IMG/VR virus record: IMGVR_UViG_3300037466_002724
Coordinates: 1 to 64,000 of that record
Origin: a virus
DNA: 64,000 nt
Strand: one strand, 5' to 3'
Below are positions 30,401 to 39,336 of this stretch, piece by piece. Every line of letters begins with the position of its first letter. The first letter of the stretch is position 1. The position numbers and the translations under genes are program-made. A model generated the notes under the pieces. It was given only the letters and a program-made list of their open reading frames with translations, was not told where the DNA came from and did not search any database.

Positions 30401-31940
30401 GGCCAAAGACGCGCTCGACAGCGACACCGACGTTCTGATCCACCCGGAGACCGGCACCGTGCTGACGGCCGGCACCGGCATGGACTTCGGCGACGACGGC
30501 AAGATGGTCGTCACCGGCGTGAACATGCGCGCCGGCACCGTCACCCTGCGGCGCTACGCCGACACCACCGGTGCCCGCCACGTGACCCTGCCGCTCAAGG
30601 AATTCGGTGACGCTAAGCCGTTCACGCTGGATGCCGAGGCGGAGGCCGGCGAGGTACGCACCAAGATGGAAGAGGCGGCGGCCGCCAACCTGAACAACCT
30701 CAAGCACTGGGACGACGTCAAGAACATGCCGTCCTCTGTACTCGAGGCGAACCACGACCTGATCCAGCGCCAGATCAAGGAAGGTGCTAAGGCCTACAAG
30801 TTCCACATGCCGTACGGCTCGGTGCCGATGGTGAACCGCGAGACGGGCGAGCTCAAGATGGCCGAGAGCTACGAGCACACCAAGATGCACGACACGCACG
30901 ACTACCTGCTGCCGACGGACGCGGCAAAGGAGCGCGTCGCGCAGGCCTGGATGGCTTCGGAGCGCGGCAAGAAGTTTGGCAAGGAGACGTTCCAGGCGCG
31001 CAAGAACAGCCGTACGGAGTGGCGTAACAAGGTTGAGTACCCGGACGCCTCGTACAGCAACCGCAACTACAACCCGTGGACCTCGCTGCTGCGCGACCTG
31101 CACGGCAAGGATCAGGTCACCGGCATCGCCGAGCATCCGGCCGTGCGCGCTACCCGCGAGCGGTTCGAGCGCGAGCAGCTGGAGCGCGTGCGGCGGGCAC
31201 CCACCTTCAAGGAGGCGCTGGCCGAGGCCTTCCCGCTGGCGAAGCTGCCGGAGCACGGCGCCAGCGAAGGCACCAAGCCGACCTGGAACAAGAAGGCGCT
31301 GGCGATCCTGTGGGCGCGCGCCCGGCACGAGGGCCTGCTGGGCAGTCAGATGGACGAGCACCTGCCGACCAAGCCGAGCAAATGGAACCCGAAGGGCGAC
31401 AAGGTCCACGACGGCTACGCCTACCACCGCCCGGGCTACTCGGGCGAGGACAAGACTGTGCACGGCACCCTGCGCGACATCGCGGCCGGCTCCGGTCACC
31501 GCGACCTGGCACACGCTATGACCGTGTCGGCCATTCGCCACCACGACGGGCTAGATAAGGTTGCTGAGCTGCGCTCGTTGTCCCAATACAACAACAGTGA
31601 CCCGGACGCGCTCAAGGTCATGCAGATGCTGGCCCAGAGCACCGGATTGGTCGACAAGAAGGTGCACGAGCTCGACGGGTTCCAGAACGGCCTGCTGTCC
31701 ACGCATCAGTGGGCGCCGGACCGCAATCAAACCGTCGGCGATCGCATCCAGTCGCAAATCGAGCGGCTTCGAATTCCAGACACTGGATGGAAGGAGACGC
31801 TAACTCAAGCCCGCGCCGAAGCTCAAAAAATGGTCTCCCAAGGGAAGCTCCACCAGGACATCGTCAACGATGCCTATTACGACAAGGCCCGATTGGTACA
31901 GGTGATCGAGGCCGCCAAGTTCGCCAAGGAGGCCGCATGA
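24435..31940 (+). CDS. Giant DarB-like polyvalent protein: TGT-like barrel + DUF6884-like + N6-adenine methyltransferase + SNF2-type helicase
   Basis: FIDSGAYS/MPDVMGD/VHFLG; VACGGKK..ARELYTG..ISAKHGL; LEPSCATG and GNPPY; ADDVGLGKT, ADEMH, TATP, QRNGRGLRQG; 2501 aa. Confidence 0.85.
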   Translation: MIILFRKSQLALFDAPVHVAASVRKDGTVVKPHIRIQKVAIKPTAAKPVQLSIFDAPQADAKPIVIKPHTLDLFAPEDLPAPRDDSAEKLEALSKRVGRYASGMSRARDFTAASFAGHPVGVDVGQLSGPAMEALADAVVNRHTPVFIDSGAYSLFRAREKRLAAGEEVEPLDFHQVLDRYDQFTDLIGEKNEAEESLPKPILVMPDVMGDQAGSLAELKKHAKWINVECSFDVARPLVPMPKGDMSLTAYYDAAVAAIGTDRFIVGIPAVSGAWTPEQVTAFLKERKPRAVHFLGALHDSRLTKWLQATVAAGVSDEIEVTADACPLKSAIVPRDGSKQTGEERAAKIVDKLGMRARTKELENVIAHYGGAEGVREMLAEASFEDQQRFIGLISDLSGKPQTEVRTEYGLGEGPVEGDTKTEDGVEYVLRNGRWHRASPEQASAPAPATAGIPGSERLLLVACGGKKQTGAHPARELYTGALGGVMKKWMPAGAARPDVHIISAKHGLVHGDTVIESYDQRMTPARAKELAAQPLDLAAFKGKRYRDVFIAGGADYREVADAYVQQLRDAGVIAPDATVNATSGGIGEIRGQLGAYLRSIGDENGINDVNEVNRINGINEINSINRINEINGINNNNQDDTFGVAAGTSKARRREINAAVIAELEADRPDPALLRQYSGNGGCGDSLNEFYTDPGVARAMWTALGNLGFTTGTALEPSCATGVFLHTAPDGVKVTGVELDPVSAKVAHVLHGTRHEIMTASFERFATMDDRQFDVVIGNPPYGPRGKLAKDDKKYMSTCEQYFTDTALDKCKPGGLVALVVPTGIMDGKNNRSLRADILRKGEFLGAMRMPNTAFEHSHTEVTTDVVFLRKRPDDVAGALGPLDDEQRRALGVWDEEFLAGSYFTGRGAHNVLGTMTEGWRAKAGMGNDITVEGSMIGVADAIAAFRPDSVGVAAADLTVPQILDSLPNDHMRERATNGAARRPYQNTAKVGDTRTVDGVTYVLQGEPPRWHRVDEFMAGPAITEATELAQEIDGLFNGRAVDRPALEAAVRAYVAKYGIPADNPELMTAASVDKTLYRLVGAVNRNGELSDVVLGRGTRKVDGGFDTTAQVLALTSGEFSSADLAERLDRPADEVEEQLAADSRYAYLGGDRWTTMDAYLTGELWPKLDAARAALAAGGDLRTKLEAQVAALEKAIDPKALDDVDFQLNSAFLPLDVVAAFFTWRDHEGPHANDWTKKQQPMAITFAGGIYTVTGGNQYGDAKLLDKYLNRSGIRKEEDLPKVEALNAEFKEWLCGSPYRDQVEDLYNRKFRGYVAPEYSDEPMDVPGLNPDRSVRNWRWSSLRRSLAQGKGIVADDVGLGKTLGGLLLARMARVQGSAQKPIIVVPKSVLANWYAESQAWFPGARMLTIGADFMSKNGELVGKDDSAAERKRKYHDLTQNDYDFIIISEPAFEEIDLDPITKEQYYSQDFWVQRGEAMGNAGDKRRKAIREKYEQALAQREFADRTDAIYFNDLGIDMLIADEMHHQKNLYAARARFGESPKFLGGQGLSNRALDFNLKTRWVREQNGGKGVHGLTATPTKNSPLEIYSMLSHIAPEAFERIGVRNSEEFLDRFCEFQQDKVLSTAGEIEDALVVSGFKNLSELREIMARFIDRRTAEQVGLELPQRQDRLHLVDMSSDQEDVYAELRALAEESSGKKDATGDSHIFAIMDKMNKAALDLALLDPAKYAGRMSPKYKELARQAAEGKKDGAQVIFSEYIDSHEKIADALVAAGFDRKRIAIINAQVAGSAVKRQNIADALNAGKLDAVIGNCTMAEGLNLQKNTTDVHHLDIPWEPATLQQRNGRGLRQGNHNEAVRIHSYLSKGSFDGYRYQAVAAKKDWQDLLWNGGDRVENLAREGTFSLDDMRIMLAADPEAARAAFEADRAAALQRYEAGQRTEAVSEFVRFQDMKRSYGALKNKGSASATRLRDKIEAAKASLFRNKYFPAKDALDSDTDVLIHPETGTVLTAGTGMDFGDDGKMVVTGVNMRAGTVTLRRYADTTGARHVTLPLKEFGDAKPFTLDAEAEAGEVRTKMEEAAAANLNNLKHWDDVKNMPSSVLEANHDLIQRQIKEGAKAYKFHMPYGSVPMVNRETGELKMAESYEHTKMHDTHDYLLPTDAAKERVAQAWMASERGKKFGKETFQARKNSRTEWRNKVEYPDASYSNRNYNPWTSLLRDLHGKDQVTGIAEHPAVRATRERFEREQLERVRRAPTFKEALAEAFPLAKLPEHGASEGTKPTWNKKALAILWARARHEGLLGSQMDEHLPTKPSKWNPKGDKVHDGYAYHRPGYSGEDKTVHGTLRDIAAGSGHRDLAHAMTVSAIRHHDGLDKVAELRSLSQYNNSDPDALKVMQMLAQSTGLVDKKVHELDGFQNGLLSTHQWAPDRNQTVGDRIQSQIERLRIPDTGWKETLTQARAEAQKMVSQGKLHQDIVNDAYYDKARLVQVIEAAKFAKEAA
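26247..26348 (+). repeat. In-frame AT-rich 9-bp tandem repeat (AAY-NNN-RTA x10)
   Basis: aacggtata aacgatgta aacgaagta aatcgtata..., encoding NGINDVNEVNRINGINEINSINRINEINGINNNN. Confidence 0.9.
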
Positions 31941-32260
31941 TCGACCCGAAAACCTTCGCGGCTAGCACGCTGGCTCTGCTCCAGGAGGACCCGCGCCGCT
32001 ACGTCAACTTCGGCACGCACTGGTACCTGGTCAAGGCGCTGATGAAGCGGTTCTACACCCGCGACAACCTGCACTTGCTCGGCGACTACATGGACCAGTC
32101 GGTCATCGATCGCATGCCGGCTCACGCCAGCCTGGCCGAGGCGCTGGAGGCAGCGGTCGAGGAGTACCGCCAGAACGCCAGCTTCAACCTGGGCTCGAAC
32201 GTGGTGACCGACCCGCACGGTGAGCAGTTCACGCTGATCGACACGGACGCCGGGATCTAG
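31937..32260 (+). CDS. Hypothetical protein coupled to the DarB-like gene
   Basis: AAGGAGG RBS, ATGA overlap, followed by a terminator. Confidence 0.7.
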   Translation: MIDPKTFAASTLALLQEDPRRYVNFGTHWYLVKALMKRFYTRDNLHLLGDYMDQSVIDRMPAHASLAEALEAAVEEYRQNASFNLGSNVVTDPHGEQFTLIDTDAGI

Positions 32261-32279
32261 CCGGTGCACCACCCTACCA

Positions 32280-32303
32280 GGCCGCCTTCGGGCGGCTTTT
32301 TTG
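32280..32303 (+). terminator. Rho-independent terminator
   Basis: GCCGCC-ttcg-GGCGGC followed by TTTTTT. Confidence 0.85.
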
Positions 32304-32308
32304 TTGCC

Positions 32309-32572
32309 GGTAACCGGTTTCGGTAACCGTGGTTTCCGGCGCTTTTCGTAAGTCTTTGATTTTACGATGGTAACCGGTAACCGTAACCGGCGGGGAGAAG
32401 ACATATATAACGTGTGATGTGCGTACATGTTGATACATTGAAACACTTCTCATGTAGTATCTATTCATTTCTATTATTCTGGTTACTTGGTTACTGGTAC
32501 TGAAAAAGAGAAAAGAAACAAAGACTTATCGGTAACCAGAAGCGGTTACCGTCCGGTTACCGTGGTTACCGG
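32309..32572. repeat. Origin-like region: GGTAACC/GGTTACC repeats in inverted arrangement around an AT-rich core
   Basis: GGTAAC(C) repeats on the left, mostly GGTTAC(C) on the right; TAAGTCTTTG/CAAAGACTTA inverted pair; AT-rich centre at ~32400-32480. Confidence 0.65.
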
Positions 32573-32607
32573 GTCGGGTAGCACCGTCGTGACCCTACGA
32601 TGGTGGG

Positions 32608-35600
32608 ATGAAGCCGATCCTGTTCCTGAAAGCACAGTCCATTCCGCCCGGCGCGCGCTGGATCACTATTCACGCGGGCGGGAACAAAGACGCCAAGGGT
32701 CAGCCGGTCCTAATCCAGCCCAACGCTGATGGCTCAGCGCACGTGTTGGGCGGGGCAGGGGGAGCCCTCAACTACCTCAAGCTGCGCGCGGTGCGCTCGG
32801 AATCGGACTACAAGCGCGAGGCGCTGGAGAAGAAGAAGGCCCGGACCGAGGCGAAGAAAGAGCAGCGGAAGCGCGACAAGGAAAACGGCCTGGTCGAGTC
32901 GAAGAAGAAGGCCCGCGACGCGGTGAAGGCGCAGGTGCACGAGCACGAGCGCAAGTTCGTCCAGTCGGTGGCGGACGCCATGGGCTGGGATCCGAAGTCG
33001 CTGGAGTTCCCCGAGCAGGACGTTGCGCACCTGTCGGACGCCGCGCAGGCCAAGCTGCGGCTTCAGCACCACCAGGAGCTGCTGCAGCGCGCCACCGAGG
33101 CGGTCGATGTCCAGCGCAAGAGACTGGTCGATGACGCGGCCGCGCGCATGGATGCCGGGATCAGCGAGATCCCGCTCGAGACCAAGGACCCGAAGACGCT
33201 GTCGGTTCAGGACCTGAACCCCGTGAAGGCCGAGGGTGGCGGACCCGGCTTCGCGCCGCACTACAAGGAGCGCGCCGAGGACGCCGGCCTGACCGAGGGC
33301 GAGCTCAAGGCCGAGGCCGCTGCCACCAAAGAGGCCAAGCAGGCGCAGATGACGCCGGCGCAGCGCCAGGCCGCCGTCGCGCGCGGCGAGACCGCGAAGA
33401 TGGTCGCCAACGAGATCAAGTCGATCCGCGAACCGCTGGTCGGCGACACCAAGGTGCAGCTGGCCGACGCCAAGACCGCCGTCGCGCTGCTGAAAGCGCA
33501 GAAGCAGCTGCGCCAGCTCCACAAGAAGGCACAGGACGCCAACCGCGAGATCGACCGCGCGGCGACCGAACCGAAGGCCTACGTGATCGAGTACACCGCC
33601 GACCCGGAGGCCGACGCCAAGGTCGAGGCGGACATCGAGGGCGACCTGCGCACGATGAAGACCCGGGCATTCCTGTCCGAGTTCCAGCAGCTGGCCGGCG
33701 AAGCGCCGGGCGAATCGCTGGGCAAGCACATCGGCGTGGGCGCCTACAACAGCATCAACTCGCTGGCGCTCGCCGTGGGTGGCGAGGCGCTGGTCGATCG
33801 GTCGGTGGTGGACGTGCTGGGCGTGGCGGGGGCCGCGCAGGTGCTGGCGCGCCGGATCCACAACGACCTGCCGCAGGATGTCGAGCGCATCGCCGACGGT
33901 ATGCAGCAGTTCCACCTCGACCACTACATGGCGACCAGCGAGCAGGCGCTGTCGGATGCGCGCGACCTGATGGAGACGGCCAAGGAGATCGAGCTCGGCG
34001 AGCTGACGAACGGCGCTGACCTGCAGGCCGCGCAGGAGCTCAACGCGCGCCGGCGCCGGGCCGTGAACGACGCGCAGAAGGTGCTCGGCCAGGCGCTCGG
34101 GGAGATGGAGGCAAACGCGGCACTGGTGACTGCGCTCAAGCAGGGCAAGAAGGACACGTTCCAGGTATCGCTCGGCAAGACCGGCGTCGAGGACGCCATC
34201 CGCCAGGCGCGCGCGATCGGGCTGCAAAAGGGCGACTACACGCTCGAGGATGTGGCCGGCGACCGCTTCCTGACCATCAACGCGGCCGGACTGGACCGGC
34301 TGGCCAAGCCGGTGAACCGCGACGACGTCGAGCAGGTGAAGCGCAACCTGGCCATCATCCGCGGCGATCAGGACGAGGACGGCTGGCTGCCGCTGGGCGT
34401 GGCGAACCGCCCAGACCTGTCCATGGATGTGAAGCCGGGCGCGGCGCCGTCGCTGGCCATCCCGTTCGAGCCGGGCGAGGACCTGGAGCAGTCGCTGATG
34501 GACTACATCGGCGGGCGCGCGGCTGACGGCGACACGCCGGGCGACATCGTGGCCGACATTCAGTCTGCCGAGTTCTTCCAGAAAGTTGGCTCGGGTCGGG
34601 CCGAACAATATCGCAAGGCGCTCGACGCGGTGGCCCCGCTCAAGGGCGCCGACGGCAAGATGCGCCGCGCCGATGCGCTGGGCGACGCGTTCGATGGTTA
34701 TGCCGACCTCTTTGTGCAGAACCGCTACGGTAATGCCCGCTCGACCCTGAACCGCCAGCAGTTCAAGGTGGACAAGAAGTCGGTCGACGCGCTGCACCGC
34801 GCGCTGGCTGAGACGCCGGAGGGCACCGCCGCTTACAAGCCGATCGGCGAGCTGACGCCGCAGGACCAGCGCGCCATCCGCGAATTCTTCTACCGGAACG
34901 TGGCCAAGGAGTCGCCGGACGCCGCCGCGCTGCGCCAGGACCTGGAGAAGCACGCCTCGGCCGAGCCGGCGGCCGAGACTACCGACATGTTCGGCGACAC
35001 CGTGCCCAACCCGGAACACGGCGAGTGGCGCGCGCGCCGCGACGAGCTGGCCGGCCAGGTCAATGCCTCCTCCCTGACCTGGGGTAAGTACATCGACGTG
35101 ATGGGCGGCCATGCGAAAGCCTACGAGGCGGTCCAGGACCTGATCCGCTCGCGCGTCGGCAAGGCATTCGCCGATGCCCACAACAAGTTGAACCCGGGCG
35201 CGCCGATCAAGGTCGGCAAGGCGCTGATCCGCAACAACCTGAACCACCTGGACGCCACCGACGCCGAGGCGCGCGAAGCCCGGCTCGCCCGTGACCGCGC
35301 GCTGACCGACAGTTTGCGCGAGCGCGTGCAGGGCAAGTACGCATCCGGCAGCGTGGCCGACAAGCTGGACGCCGCGCGCGATCGCCAGGCGGCGTTCGAC
35401 CAGGCGCAGATGGGCTTCTTTGCCGACGAGGCGCCGCCGACCGCGGCCGAGGACATCAAGCTCGAGGGCGACGAGCGCCACTCGATCGGGCACGCGGCCG
35501 AGCGCCAGATCGCCGGCATGATGGGCGTGGTTGGCCAGAACTTCAAACCGGGTGCCCCGACCAAGCTGTGGGCGCCGACCATGAGCGGGGGGAAGAACGC

Positions 35601-37143
35601 CGCGCGCCAGCGCCTGGTCAAGCTGGTGGACGCGAACAAGCGCGTGGTCGCCGCGTTCGGCACCGGCTCCGGCAAGTCGCTGCTGCAGCTGGTCTCGTTT
35701 ACCCACCTGAAACAGCAGGGCAAGGCCAAGCGCGGCCTGTTCCTGGTGCCGTCGATCGTCCAGGGCCAATTCTCGGGCGAGGCGCTGCGCTACCTCGAGC
35801 CGGGCAAGTTCAACTGGCACATCCAGCCTGGCGCGAGCCGCGATGAGCGGATCGCCGCCTACAAGGACCCGAAGCACGATTTCGCGGTAATGACGCACCA
35901 GTCTTTCCGCGACGACATGATCCACCTGGGCGCCAAGCACGCCGGCATCCCAGAATCCGAGATGGCCGACCGCCTGAACGCCATGACGGACGAGGAGCGC
36001 AAAGGCTGGATGGGCGACCTGATGGAGCGCGAGGGGATCAACTTCGACTACCTCACGGTGGACGAGAGCCAGAACACCCTGAACCGCGCCGGCAAGGAGA
36101 ACTCGAACCTGGCGAATGTGGTCGACGCGCTGTCGCACCACACGCCGCACTACCTGCTGGCGTCCGGCGACCCGGTCAAGAACGATGCGTCCGAGGTCTA
36201 CGACCTGCTGCGCAAGATGGACCCGGCCCGCTACAGCGACCGCGGCGCCTTCATGCGCCGCTACGGCGCCGACACGCTGGCCAGCAAGGATGCGCTCAAG
36301 CGCGAGATGGCGCGCTACGTCTACCCGTCGAAGATCGACCCGGACGTGCAGGCCAACCGGCGTGAGGAGAAAATTCCGCTGTCCGAAGGCCAGAAGCTGG
36401 CGCTGTCCGAGCTCGACAAGCATTTCAGCAGCGCGCGTATCGCCCGCATGCAGGGCAAGGTGGACGTGGACGCCATGAAGGCGATCTCGCCGGGCTCGTT
36501 CGCGAAGGTGCCGGCCGACCAGCACGAGGAGGTGGCGCGCAACCTACAGGCGAACATCGGCATCCTGCGCGCATCGGCTGTCCAGCGGGTGATCAACACG
36601 CATGCTGACAACGCCAAGGTCGACCACCTGGCGCAGCTCGCGACCGCGCGCAAGGGCAAGCCGGGCGTCGTGTTTGCGCACTCGCTGGACGCGGTCAAGG
36701 CGATCAAGGAGCGGCTGGAGAAGGAGGGGCATCGCGTGGTCAGCCTGACCGGCGCCGATTCCTCGACCGAGAAGGAGCGCAAGCGCCTGATGTTCAACCC
36801 GGAGCAGGGCGACGCTCAGGCCGACATCCTGATCGCGTCGGACGCCGGCGCCACTGGCATGAACATCCAGCGCGGCCAATGGCTGGTGCAGATGGACACG
36901 CCCCAGACGGCGATGACGCATGCCCAGCGCCAGGGCCGCATCTTCCGCACCGGCCAGAAGAACAACGTCGAGCTGATCGACCTGGTGGCGGACCATCCGG
37001 AGGAGCGCGCCGCGCGCGACCGCCTGTCGAAGAAGTATGGCCTGCGCGAGATGATGACCAGCTCGATGGAGGGGCTGGATGACACCGGCGTCGCCGCATA
37101 CCTCAAGCAGGCGCAGGTCAACCAGCAGGAGAGCCTGCTGTAG
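32608..37143 (+). CDS. Large SNF2/SF2 helicase-domain protein, putative internal head protein
   Basis: AFGTGSGKS, VDESQ and QRQGRIFRTGQ motifs; N-terminus MKPILFLKA...GARWITIHAGG...GQPVLI; 1511 aa. Confidence 0.8.
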   Translation: MKPILFLKAQSIPPGARWITIHAGGNKDAKGQPVLIQPNADGSAHVLGGAGGALNYLKLRAVRSESDYKREALEKKKARTEAKKEQRKRDKENGLVESKKKARDAVKAQVHEHERKFVQSVADAMGWDPKSLEFPEQDVAHLSDAAQAKLRLQHHQELLQRATEAVDVQRKRLVDDAAARMDAGISEIPLETKDPKTLSVQDLNPVKAEGGGPGFAPHYKERAEDAGLTEGELKAEAAATKEAKQAQMTPAQRQAAVARGETAKMVANEIKSIREPLVGDTKVQLADAKTAVALLKAQKQLRQLHKKAQDANREIDRAATEPKAYVIEYTADPEADAKVEADIEGDLRTMKTRAFLSEFQQLAGEAPGESLGKHIGVGAYNSINSLALAVGGEALVDRSVVDVLGVAGAAQVLARRIHNDLPQDVERIADGMQQFHLDHYMATSEQALSDARDLMETAKEIELGELTNGADLQAAQELNARRRRAVNDAQKVLGQALGEMEANAALVTALKQGKKDTFQVSLGKTGVEDAIRQARAIGLQKGDYTLEDVAGDRFLTINAAGLDRLAKPVNRDDVEQVKRNLAIIRGDQDEDGWLPLGVANRPDLSMDVKPGAAPSLAIPFEPGEDLEQSLMDYIGGRAADGDTPGDIVADIQSAEFFQKVGSGRAEQYRKALDAVAPLKGADGKMRRADALGDAFDGYADLFVQNRYGNARSTLNRQQFKVDKKSVDALHRALAETPEGTAAYKPIGELTPQDQRAIREFFYRNVAKESPDAAALRQDLEKHASAEPAAETTDMFGDTVPNPEHGEWRARRDELAGQVNASSLTWGKYIDVMGGHAKAYEAVQDLIRSRVGKAFADAHNKLNPGAPIKVGKALIRNNLNHLDATDAEAREARLARDRALTDSLRERVQGKYASGSVADKLDAARDRQAAFDQAQMGFFADEAPPTAAEDIKLEGDERHSIGHAAERQIAGMMGVVGQNFKPGAPTKLWAPTMSGGKNAARQRLVKLVDANKRVVAAFGTGSGKSLLQLVSFTHLKQQGKAKRGLFLVPSIVQGQFSGEALRYLEPGKFNWHIQPGASRDERIAAYKDPKHDFAVMTHQSFRDDMIHLGAKHAGIPESEMADRLNAMTDEERKGWMGDLMEREGINFDYLTVDESQNTLNRAGKENSNLANVVDALSHHTPHYLLASGDPVKNDASEVYDLLRKMDPARYSDRGAFMRRYGADTLASKDALKREMARYVYPSKIDPDVQANRREEKIPLSEGQKLALSELDKHFSSARIARMQGKVDVDAMKAISPGSFAKVPADQHEEVARNLQANIGILRASAVQRVINTHADNAKVDHLAQLATARKGKPGVVFAHSLDAVKAIKERLEKEGHRVVSLTGADSSTEKERKRLMFNPEQGDAQADILIASDAGATGMNIQRGQWLVQMDTPQTAMTHAQRQGRIFRTGQKNNVELIDLVADHPEERAARDRLSKKYGLREMMTSSMEGLDDTGVAAYLKQAQVNQQESLL

Positions 37144-37200
37144 CAGTGTTGCGGCGGAACATCTTCACAACTTTGATCTTTTCTGGTTATACTTGAGCCC

Positions 37201-37694
37201 ATGAAAAACCGTCACCTTACCAAAATCGCCTTCCTGCTTCTCGGCTTCCTCGTCTTCTGCGCGGCCGCGCCGCTGGTGTTGTTCATGGCGCCGGCACAGG
37301 CTGAGGATGCGAGCGCCTGCTACAGCATCAACGATGGTGACACCCGTACTTACTGCCTGGCGCGCGCGCACCACGATGCCAGCCAGTGCTATGCCATCCA
37401 GCGGCCGGACCTGCGTGCGCAGTGCCGCGCCGAAGTGAGGAAGTGATGCAGGCCCACATCAACACCACGCACAAGCAGCTGGGCGAACTCGCGGCTATGT
37501 CGCGCCAGACCGAGGACGCCGAGCGCCGGATCCTCGCGCGCGCGACCGAGCGGCTGGGCGAGGTCCAGGCCGAGCTGTCTGCGGCAGGGCCCAAGGCGCT
37601 GACCGGCGGCGGCGACAAGTACATGGAGCTGGTCAAGGAGCGCGGCCAGCTGCAACAGGTCATTGCGCAGGCGCGCCAGGTCCTGGACGCCTGA
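37201..37694 (+). CDS. Two small hypothetical genes (37201-37446, Cys-rich with signal/TM segment; 37446-37694, coiled coil)
   Basis: Coupled ORFs after a TATACT -10-like element; terminator at 37717-37740. Confidence 0.6.
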
Positions 37695-37786
37695 GCCGCC
37701 AACCAACCCCTGATTAAAGCCGCCTCGAGCGGCTTTTTTGTTGCCCAGCGCACAGCCTGAATCGTCGTGACACGATGATTGCGGGC

Positions 37787-38677
37787 ATGGACGACCGCGA
37801 TCTGCTGGCAAGCTGCCCTGACTTCCTGAGCATTGGTTCGATGCTCAAGGCGACCCCACGCTTGGAGGGAACGCGCCGCTTTATCCATTTCGAGGCGAGC
37901 AACGAGGCGCTGGACCAGCAGAACGAAGTCGTCATGCAGAAGGCGCTGCGCGACTCGGCCGACTACTTCCTGCGCTACGGCAACATCGACATCGACCACT
38001 TCACCGTGATCGGCGCGAAGGTCGGCATCCCCGACTACACCACCTACGAGATTGGCCGCCCGGTCGACGTGAAGTTCGACGGCAGCCGCACAATGGTCAA
38101 GGCCGAGATTTATTCCGGCACCGGCCCGGCGGCGATGCACGCCAACCAGTTCTGGTCGTCGCTCACCGAGATCAACCCGCCGGCGCGCTGGTACCCGTCA
38201 GTGGGTGGCGCGATCATTGAAAAGGCGATCGAGATCGATCCTTCGACCAAGATGCGCAAGGCGCTGATCAAGAAGGTACGCTGGAGCAACATCGGTGTTT
38301 CGAAGACGCCGGTCAACCAGACCGTGCCGACCGTCGCGGTGATGGGCGTCGAAACCATGGCGAAGAGCTGGGGTGCGGGCGGCCTCGATTTCGCAAAGGC
38401 GCTGGAGGCGAGCTACGCCACGGACGCCAGACAAATGACCGGCGGCGCCGCGCTGCGCATGCAGTCGCTCGATGGCGCGCCGGGCAGTTATTTCGATTTC
38501 CGCAACAAGCTCGCCGAGCACTTGCTGACTGGCCAGGCGGGGGACAACCCCGGCGCCCGCGAGCTCGTAGCTTATTGCGAAAGAACGTTTGGCCTGTCGC
38601 CTGCCGACGCGGCCGAATACGTGGAGCGGTTCTACCGCGATTTGAAAACAGGCCTCACTAAACGGAGTAAGCCATGA
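37787..38677 (+). CDS. Prohead protease (putative)
   Basis: EASNEALDQQNEVV...GNIDIDH...IGRP...YPSVGG...KTPVN pattern; position before scaffold and capsid genes. Confidence 0.75.
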   Translation: MDDRDLLASCPDFLSIGSMLKATPRLEGTRRFIHFEASNEALDQQNEVVMQKALRDSADYFLRYGNIDIDHFTVIGAKVGIPDYTTYEIGRPVDVKFDGSRTMVKAEIYSGTGPAAMHANQFWSSLTEINPPARWYPSVGGAIIEKAIEIDPSTKMRKALIKKVRWSNIGVSKTPVNQTVPTVAVMGVETMAKSWGAGGLDFAKALEASYATDARQMTGGAALRMQSLDGAPGSYFDFRNKLAEHLLTGQAGDNPGARELVAYCERTFGLSPADAAEYVERFYRDLKTGLTKRSKP

Positions 38678-39306
38678 GTGCAGACAACAACAAGCAGTCG
38701 GCAGCGTTCGAAACGCTGCTCGGCGAGCTCGACATCCTGACGAAGGCGCTCCCGGCTGCCGACGTCGCGGACGACAAGAAGATCCAAGCCGCGGCCGATG
38801 GCAACGGCGATGCGGATGACGAAAACAAGGACGATCAGGACGGCGGCGCGCCGATGACCAAGTCCCTGACCGTCACCCTGCCCAACGGCGAGACCATCGA
38901 AGCGGAAGACGGCACCGAGCTCGTCAAGTCGCTGATGGATCAGGTCGGCAAGCAGGAAGACATGATGGTCAAGGCCATGGGCGGCGTCGTGAGCCTGGTC
39001 AAGCACCAGGGCGAGCAGCTGAAAGCCCAGGGCGACCTGATCAAGTCCCTGCAGGACACCGTGACCCGCCTGTCGGGCCAGGGCGCCGGCCGCAAGTCGA
39101 TCGTCGACGTGCACCAGCAGGTGACCGAGCTGACCAAGTCGTTCGGCGGCCAGCAGGAAAAGGGCATCAACCCGGTCGAGATCATGGCGAAGTCGAACGC
39201 CGCTTTCTCGGCTGGCAAGATCAGCGGCCAGGAGCTGAACACGATCGACGTGTCCCTGCGTATGGGCGCGGCAATCGAACCGAGTCTGCTGGCGAAAGTC
39301 GGTTAA
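38674..39306 (+). CDS. Head scaffold protein (putative)
   Basis: Acidic/coiled-coil; between protease and capsid; seven [LM]xK[SA] motifs. Confidence 0.65.
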   Translation: MSADNNKQSAAFETLLGELDILTKALPAADVADDKKIQAAADGNGDADDENKDDQDGGAPMTKSLTVTLPNGETIEAEDGTELVKSLMDQVGKQEDMMVKAMGGVVSLVKHQGEQLKAQGDLIKSLQDTVTRLSGQGAGRKSIVDVHQQVTELTKSFGGQQEKGINPVEIMAKSNAAFSAGKISGQELNTIDVSLRMGAAIEPSLLAKVG

Positions 39307-39336
39307 TTCACACCACCCAAGACCAAGGAAGCAATC

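Noticed and set aside
32309-32572. CRISPR array
   Set aside because: Repeats are 6-7 nt, irregularly spaced and inverted; no repeat-spacer periodicity and no cas genes.
32734-36525. Very long antisense ORFs (also 28998-31544, 38632-40836, 45443-46993, 47937-50666)
   Set aside because: They mirror well-supported plus-strand genes, are expected from GC-rich codon bias, and show no recognisable motifs.
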